Position numbers and translations under genes: made by a program. From Thermodesulfobacteriota bacterium (GTDB lineage: Bacteria > Desulfobacterota > GWC2-55-46 > JADFVP01), in the NCBI GenBank assembly GCA_046753945.1, contig JBHHUW010000001.1:1-48773 (forward strand): a stretch of DNA of 48,773 bases, given 5' to 3'. Position 1 is the stretch's first letter, and each line of letters opens with the position of its first letter. The notes under the pieces are model-generated. The model ran no database searches. It saw nothing but the letters and a program-made list of their open reading frames with translations, and was not told where the DNA came from. Below, piece after piece: positions 44,335 to 48,773 of this stretch.

Positions 44335-44347
44335 GGTGTGAGTTTCC

Positions 44348-45451
44348 GTGAAACCGGTCATACTTATTGTAGATGATGACGAGAGAAACGTAATCCTTCT
44401 TACAGTGAAGATGGAGCGGGAGGGTTATATCGTTGAGAGCGCCTCTAACGGCGTAGACGCCCTGGAGCGTGTGCGGGCCCTTAACCCCGATGTCATACTT
44501 ATGGATGTGATGATGCCAAAGATGAACGGGTACGAGGTCCTGAAGGTCTTGAAGGCCGATGAGAAGACGCGTTACATCCCTGTGATAATGCTCACGGGCC
44601 TTGGCCAGGTAGAGAACAAGGTGCAGGGATTTGACGTAGGGGCGGAGGATTACATAACAAAACCCTTCAGCCTTCGGGAGGTCTCGGCCAGGGTAAGGGC
44701 GCTCCTGCGGATGCGCGCCCTGCAGAAACGTATTCAGGAGAGCGATAAGATGGCGGCCCTTGGCGGCATGGCCGACGGTATAGCCCATGAGATAAGAAAT
44801 CCCCTTATGGTAATAGGCGGCCTGGCAAGACGGCTTTCCGAGGGTAATGGAGATGAAGAGAAGAATAAAAAATTCGCCTCGGCCATACTGAAATGCGTTA
44901 ACAGGCTTGAGAGGATGATAGAGAGGGTTGATGAGTATAAAGGCATACTCACCTCCAGGTTAAGGCCCGGCGAGATTAACAGTGTCGTTGAGGATGCCTT
45001 GAGGGATGCCGCCTATCTCTTCGATAACAAAGATATTGAGATAAAGGTCTCCTGCGTAAAACCCTCGCCTGTAATCAATATGGATTACATCAACTTGAAA
45101 ACAGCCATTGTTAATATAATACAGAACTCCGTAGAGGCCATGGGCGATAAGGGGCTTCTTGAGATAATAACGAGGCTTGGGGACGATAAGGTCATTGTGG
45201 AGATAAAGGACAATGGAGTGGGCATCGAGCCTGATGAGCAGAAGAAGATATTCCACCCCTTTCAGACTTCCCGCATAGAGGGCGCAGGGCTTGGCCTTAC
45301 CATGACTTTCAGGATCATCTCAGACCACAGCGGTGATATCAGGGTAAAGAGCGAAAAGGGTGAGGGTACGGTTATGACACTTTCTTTTAATACCATCTCT
45401 GAGACTCTTCCCGAGCCTGCCTCTGAGACCCTTCCCGAGTCTCCCATCTGA
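44348..45451 (+). CDS. hybrid response-regulator receiver / histidine kinase (REC-HisKA-HATPase), no TM or sensor domain
   Basis: REC: ILIVDDDERN...DVMMPKMNGYE...TKP. H-box HEIRNPL; N-box IIQNSVEA; G-boxes DNGVGI and GAGLGLT. C-terminal tandem SETLPEP/SETLPES. Confidence 0.85.
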   Translation: MKPVILIVDDDERNVILLTVKMEREGYIVESASNGVDALERVRALNPDVILMDVMMPKMNGYEVLKVLKADEKTRYIPVIMLTGLGQVENKVQGFDVGAEDYITKPFSLREVSARVRALLRMRALQKRIQESDKMAALGGMADGIAHEIRNPLMVIGGLARRLSEGNGDEEKNKKFASAILKCVNRLERMIERVDEYKGILTSRLRPGEINSVVEDALRDAAYLFDNKDIEIKVSCVKPSPVINMDYINLKTAIVNIIQNSVEAMGDKGLLEIITRLGDDKVIVEIKDNGVGIEPDEQKKIFHPFQTSRIEGAGLGLTMTFRIISDHSGDIRVKSEKGEGTVMTLSFNTISETLPEPASETLPESPI

Positions 45452-45490
45452 GGGCCTCCATCCTGAGGGTTGAGTGGCCTCGACTCCGGG

Positions 45491-47080
45491 CTACAGCCTT
45501 ATCTCAGTATCTCTTCGGTAGGCCTTATCATCTTTTTGGGGATAGTCTATATTATAGTGCAGGCCCCGTGATTCTTTTCTCATGATAGCCGACCTTATAA
45601 TAAGCCCGGCCACGGTAGCGATGTTTCGAAGCTCAACAAGGTCGCTCGTTATGGTGAAGTCCCAGTAGTATTCCTCTATTTCCTTCTCAAGAAGGGTAAT
45701 CCTTCGAAGCGCCCTCTCAAGTCTCCTGTCACTCCGTACAATACCTACGTAGTTCCACATGAAACGCCGGATCTCCTCCCAGTTCTGAGTGATGACAACG
45801 GCCTCGTCACTGCGTACCGCAGAGCCCGGCTGCCATGGAGGCACAGAGGGAGCAGGCAGGGACGCGGTACTGGTTATTAACTCACTCATATGACGTGCCG
45901 CCCGGTTAGAGAGCACAAGGCCCTCTAAGAGCGAGTTTGATGCAAGGCGGTTGGCTCCGTGCATGCCCGTGCAGGCAGACTCGCCTATGGCGTAGAGTCC
46001 CTTAAGGTTAGTCCGGCCAGACATATCTGTCTTTATACCGCCGCAGACGTAGTGCGCGGCGGGCACAACGGGTATGGGCTCTATGGTTATGTCAAAACCA
46101 AATGAGAGGCATCTCTCATAAATATTCGGAAAGCGGTCTTTGATAAAACTGGCCGGCCTCTCTGTAATATCAAGATAAACGCACTCAGAGCCGCTTTTTT
46201 TAAGCTCAAAGTCAATGGCCCTTGCCACTATGTCCCTTGGCCCCAGTTCCGCCATGGGGTGGTATTTCTTCATAAAGGCGCTTCCGTCAGCGAGCCTGAG
46301 GATAGCGCCCTCGCCGCGTACGGCCTCGGAAATTAGAAAGTTCTTGGCCCGGGGATGATAAAGGCATGTGGGGTGGAACTGAATAAACTCCATATTCGAC
46401 ATAACTGCCCCGGCCCTTGCGGCCATGGCAATGCCGTCGCCTGTGGCAACATCGGGGTTGCTCGTATACAGGTATACCTTGCCCGCCCCTCCTGTTGCCA
46501 GCACCGTGTTTCTTGCCAGAAAGGTATGGACCTCTCCTGTTTTTTTATCAAGGACATAGGCCCCGCGTACAATACCTGGCCGATGCGGCCCTGAAGAGCC
46601 CTCTTTTATGAGATTTACGGCGATATGGTCCGTATGAATGGATATATTGTCCTTTTCCTCTACAGCATTAACAAGGGCCTCTTCAATAACACGTCCCGTA
46701 AAATCTCCGGCATGCACTACTCTACGTCGCGAGTGGCCGCCCTCCTTGCCAAGGTCAAGCCCCCCTGAGGGGTGGCCGGAAAAATGCACGCCAAGATCAC
46801 GGAGCTCATTAATGAGTGCGGGCCCTTCCTCAATTACCGCCTTTACCACGTCCCTGTGGCAGAGCCCCGCGCCTGCAGTCTCCGTATCCATAATATGGCG
46901 CTCAAAGCTGTCATCAGGGCTTACAACGCCTGCAATGCCGCCCTGGGCGTAGTACGTGGCAGACTCCTTGATATCAGTCTTTGTCACAAGGCAGACACTT
47001 CCAACCCTGGAGACCTTGAGCGCCAGAGTGAGCCCTGATATGCCGCTGCCGATAATAAGAAAATCAGCCTTTAGCTCCAA
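45491..47080 (-). CDS. nadB: L-aspartate oxidase
   Basis: DFLIIGSGISGL FAD motif, HYVCGGI, and GESACTGMHGANRLASNSLLE. TTG start. Confidence 0.9.
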   Translation of the reverse strand: MELKADFLIIGSGISGLTLALKVSRVGSVCLVTKTDIKESATYYAQGGIAGVVSPDDSFERHIMDTETAGAGLCHRDVVKAVIEEGPALINELRDLGVHFSGHPSGGLDLGKEGGHSRRRVVHAGDFTGRVIEEALVNAVEEKDNISIHTDHIAVNLIKEGSSGPHRPGIVRGAYVLDKKTGEVHTFLARNTVLATGGAGKVYLYTSNPDVATGDGIAMAARAGAVMSNMEFIQFHPTCLYHPRAKNFLISEAVRGEGAILRLADGSAFMKKYHPMAELGPRDIVARAIDFELKKSGSECVYLDITERPASFIKDRFPNIYERCLSFGFDITIEPIPVVPAAHYVCGGIKTDMSGRTNLKGLYAIGESACTGMHGANRLASNSLLEGLVLSNRAARHMSELITSTASLPAPSVPPWQPGSAVRSDEAVVITQNWEEIRRFMWNYVGIVRSDRRLERALRRITLLEKEIEEYYWDFTITSDLVELRNIATVAGLIIRSAIMRKESRGLHYNIDYPQKDDKAYRRDTEIRL

Positions 47081-47318
47081 AAAAATATCTCCAGATAAAG
47101 GGTCTGTTAAGGGGAAGGGAAAGATGTCAATTAAAAAGCAACTCTATCAGGATAAGAAAAATGAATTCACCTGTCAATTCTTTTTGAATTTATGTCTCTA
47201 CATAGACCCTCCTCTATGGCCGCAGTCTGCCGCAGGGCAGGGGAGAGCTTGCTTTTTTGCACGGTAACTGCTATTTTTATCTTAGCGTTTCTGGTTTTTA
47301 CTTGCAAAACGGTTTATT

Positions 47319-47885
47319 ATGAAAATACCGGTTTACCTGCTCACATTATTATTTGTCTTTTCTTTTGAGGCAATTTGCCTTGCCGATTTTTATTCCTATA
47401 CTGATAGTAACGGTAAGATGCATATTACGAATGCCCCAAAAACTGCAGGCTTCAAGATGATAATGCGCGAGACCGTAGTGCGCCGTCCCGTAGGCGATGG
47501 GCCCTGGCTCGATAGTATAATCAGGGATAAATCCGATAAATACGGCGTAGACCCCGCACTTGTAAAGGCCCTTATAAAGGCCGAGTCCAACTTCGACGCA
47601 GGAGCCGTCTCAGAGGCAGGCGCCAGCGGACTAATGCAGCTCATGCCCGGCACGGCCGCCAAGATGGGCGTTAGTGACAGGACCGACCCCGTTGATAACA
47701 TCGAAGGCGGAGTAAAATACCTTAGCCTTCTGCTCACGCAATTCTCAGAGACCAGTCTTGCTCTTGCCGCGTATAACGCCGGAGAAAACGCGGTGCTCAG
47801 GTACGGCGCCATCCCGCCTTATGCGGAGACAAGGGATTATGTTAATAAGGTCCTTGTTTACTATGAGAACTACGCTTCAAAGTAG
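47319..47885 (+). CDS. lytic transglycosylase (SLT domain) with DUF4124-like N-terminus
   Basis: Signal peptide, FYSYTDSNGKMHITN, and the catalytic AESNFDAGAVSEAGASGLMQLMP and AYNAG motifs. Confidence 0.85.
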   Translation: MKIPVYLLTLLFVFSFEAICLADFYSYTDSNGKMHITNAPKTAGFKMIMRETVVRRPVGDGPWLDSIIRDKSDKYGVDPALVKALIKAESNFDAGAVSEAGASGLMQLMPGTAAKMGVSDRTDPVDNIEGGVKYLSLLLTQFSETSLALAAYNAGENAVLRYGAIPPYAETRDYVNKVLVYYENYASK

Positions 47886-48030
47886 TTTTTTAGCCCAGGC
47901 GCAGTAAGCGTATAACCCACAAAAATTCTTTTAATCCAATAGGCAAAAATACCTTGCTATGATTACAGAACTTTGTCATAGATTCAGTAAAAGACTTAGA
48001 GGTTCTTTGCAGAGGGGCGCAGGTAATGAG

Positions 48031-48579
48031 ATGCTGAACCTGCCGAACATGCTCTCCCTTGCGCGCGTGGCGGCAGTGCCCGTTATCATCCTTCTCCTTA
48101 TATATCCAGGGAAAATCCTCAGCCTCATAGCCGCCATCTTCTTTCTCCTGATATGCATAACAGACTGGCTTGATGGTTATGTGGCAAGAAAGAAAGGCCT
48201 TGTGACATCTCTTGGCAAATTTCTCGATCCCCTTGCGGATAAACTCCTTATAATGTCCTGCTTTATTATGCTCATCCCCGCCGGAAGGATTCCTGCCTGG
48301 GTGGTGGCCCTTATTGTCTCGCGTGAGATTTCCGTTACAGGCCTGCGCGCCGTGGCCTCTGATATGGGTGTAATTATACCGGCGGGAAAACTTGGAAAAA
48401 TCAAGACCGCCACGCAGATAATCTCCGTGGCCTCACTTGTTGCCCATTACCCGTACTATGGCCTGGATTTTCATACACTGGGAATACTTACCCTTATACC
48501 TGCATTTATCCTCACCATGTGGTCAGGTGTGGAGTATTTTTACAGGTTTTTTACCGCTCATGAGCTTGGTAAGAGATAA
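48031..48579 (+). CDS. pgsA: CDP-diacylglycerol--glycerol-3-phosphate 3-phosphatidyltransferase
   Basis: DWLDGYVARKKGLVTSLGKFLDPLADK matches the CDP-alcohol phosphatidyltransferase motif. Internal ATG (MLNLPNMLSLARV) preferred as the start. Confidence 0.85.
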   Translation: MLNLPNMLSLARVAAVPVIILLLIYPGKILSLIAAIFFLLICITDWLDGYVARKKGLVTSLGKFLDPLADKLLIMSCFIMLIPAGRIPAWVVALIVSREISVTGLRAVASDMGVIIPAGKLGKIKTATQIISVASLVAHYPYYGLDFHTLGILTLIPAFILTMWSGVEYFYRFFTAHELGKR

Positions 48580-48623
48580 CCGTGGCCCGGCCCTTCATCT
48601 CTTCTCGTTCCAATATTTTTTAT

Positions 48624-48651
48624 TTGACTTAAATAAATAACACGTTACAAT
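48624..48651 (+). promoter_or_regulatory. sigma70-like promoter facing the right window edge
   Basis: TTGACT, 16-nt spacer, TACAAT. No ORF follows within the remaining 120 nt. Confidence 0.45.
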
Positions 48652-48678
48652 AGGTTCGTACACCCACCTCGACCAACC

Positions 48679-48773
48679 ATCCACGACCCAGGGGGGCCTC
48701 TTTACAGAGGGGCCTGTTTGTTAAGGGGCCTGTTTTTTGCTGCGGTGCCTGTTTTATGCTGCGGTGCCTGTTT
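48679..48773 (+). repeat. cluster of GCCTGTTT(T)-containing short direct repeats, truncated by the window end
   Basis: GGGGCCTGTTTG, GGGGCCTGTTTTTTGC, then two copies of the 16-mer TGCGGTGCCTGTTT plus spacer (GCTGCGGTGCCTGTTTTAT GCTGCGGTGCCTGTTT). Confidence 0.6.

Noticed and set aside
47292-47306. Sigma54-like TGGTTTTTACTTGCA upstream of the lytic transglycosylase gene.
   Set aside because: The GG-to-GC spacing is 9 nt instead of the required 10, and the -24 element is poor (TGGTTT).

Overview
48.8-kb chromosomal segment from an unidentified diderm (Gram-negative-type) bacterium. It holds no rRNA, so I make no taxon call. GC looks roughly 50-55% by eye, with AGG/AGA/ATA-rich codon usage. 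I saw no CRISPR array, transposase, integrase or prophage genes.

Layout, left to right:
- Two c-type cytochromes plus copper nitrite reductase NirK.
- An orphan endonuclease/exonuclease/phosphatase (EEP) gene.
- The conserved rplU-rpmA-obg-proB-proA block, with an unusual repeat-laden 350-bp spacer before obg.
- A sigma54-type promoter in front of a DUF4388 gene and a multi-GAF/degenerate-GGDEF gene.
- moaD-moaE-moaB.
- Minus-strand proline dehydrogenase coupled to a P-loop protein.
- A secreted 7-blade FG-GAP protein gene bracketed by ~128-bp direct repeats.
- A minus-strand run of aldehyde dehydrogenase, rubrerythrin-like protein, small triple-repeat Cys protein, class-III aminotransferase and a PAP2/GT-C fusion.
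- tRNA-Gly(CCC).
- A HlyD/ABC/ABC-2 exporter.
- A ~12-kb sulfur cluster headed by a SAM-I riboswitch: ThrC-like enzyme, small sulfite-reductase-like protein, TusA-like, CysO/ThiS-type carrier with a GG-GKP tail, stand-alone NIL domain, CysM-like, JAMM protease, ThiF/MoeB E1, radical-SAM-like protein with a non-canonical Cys motif, DASS permease, USP-like, APS reductase and ATP sulfurylase.
- A cluster of four lipoproteins plus a beta-barrel and a sensorless hybrid kinase.
- nadB, a lytic transglycosylase and pgsA.

The best candidate for a partly undescribed system is the riboswitch-controlled sulfate-to-protein-thiocarboxylate cluster. It appears to feed both cysteine and homocysteine synthesis and contains several components of unknown role. 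Second-tier candidates are the CsgG-like/DUF799-like envelope lipoprotein module and an intergenic repeat family sharing a GTTGGTTTTCTTTG box.
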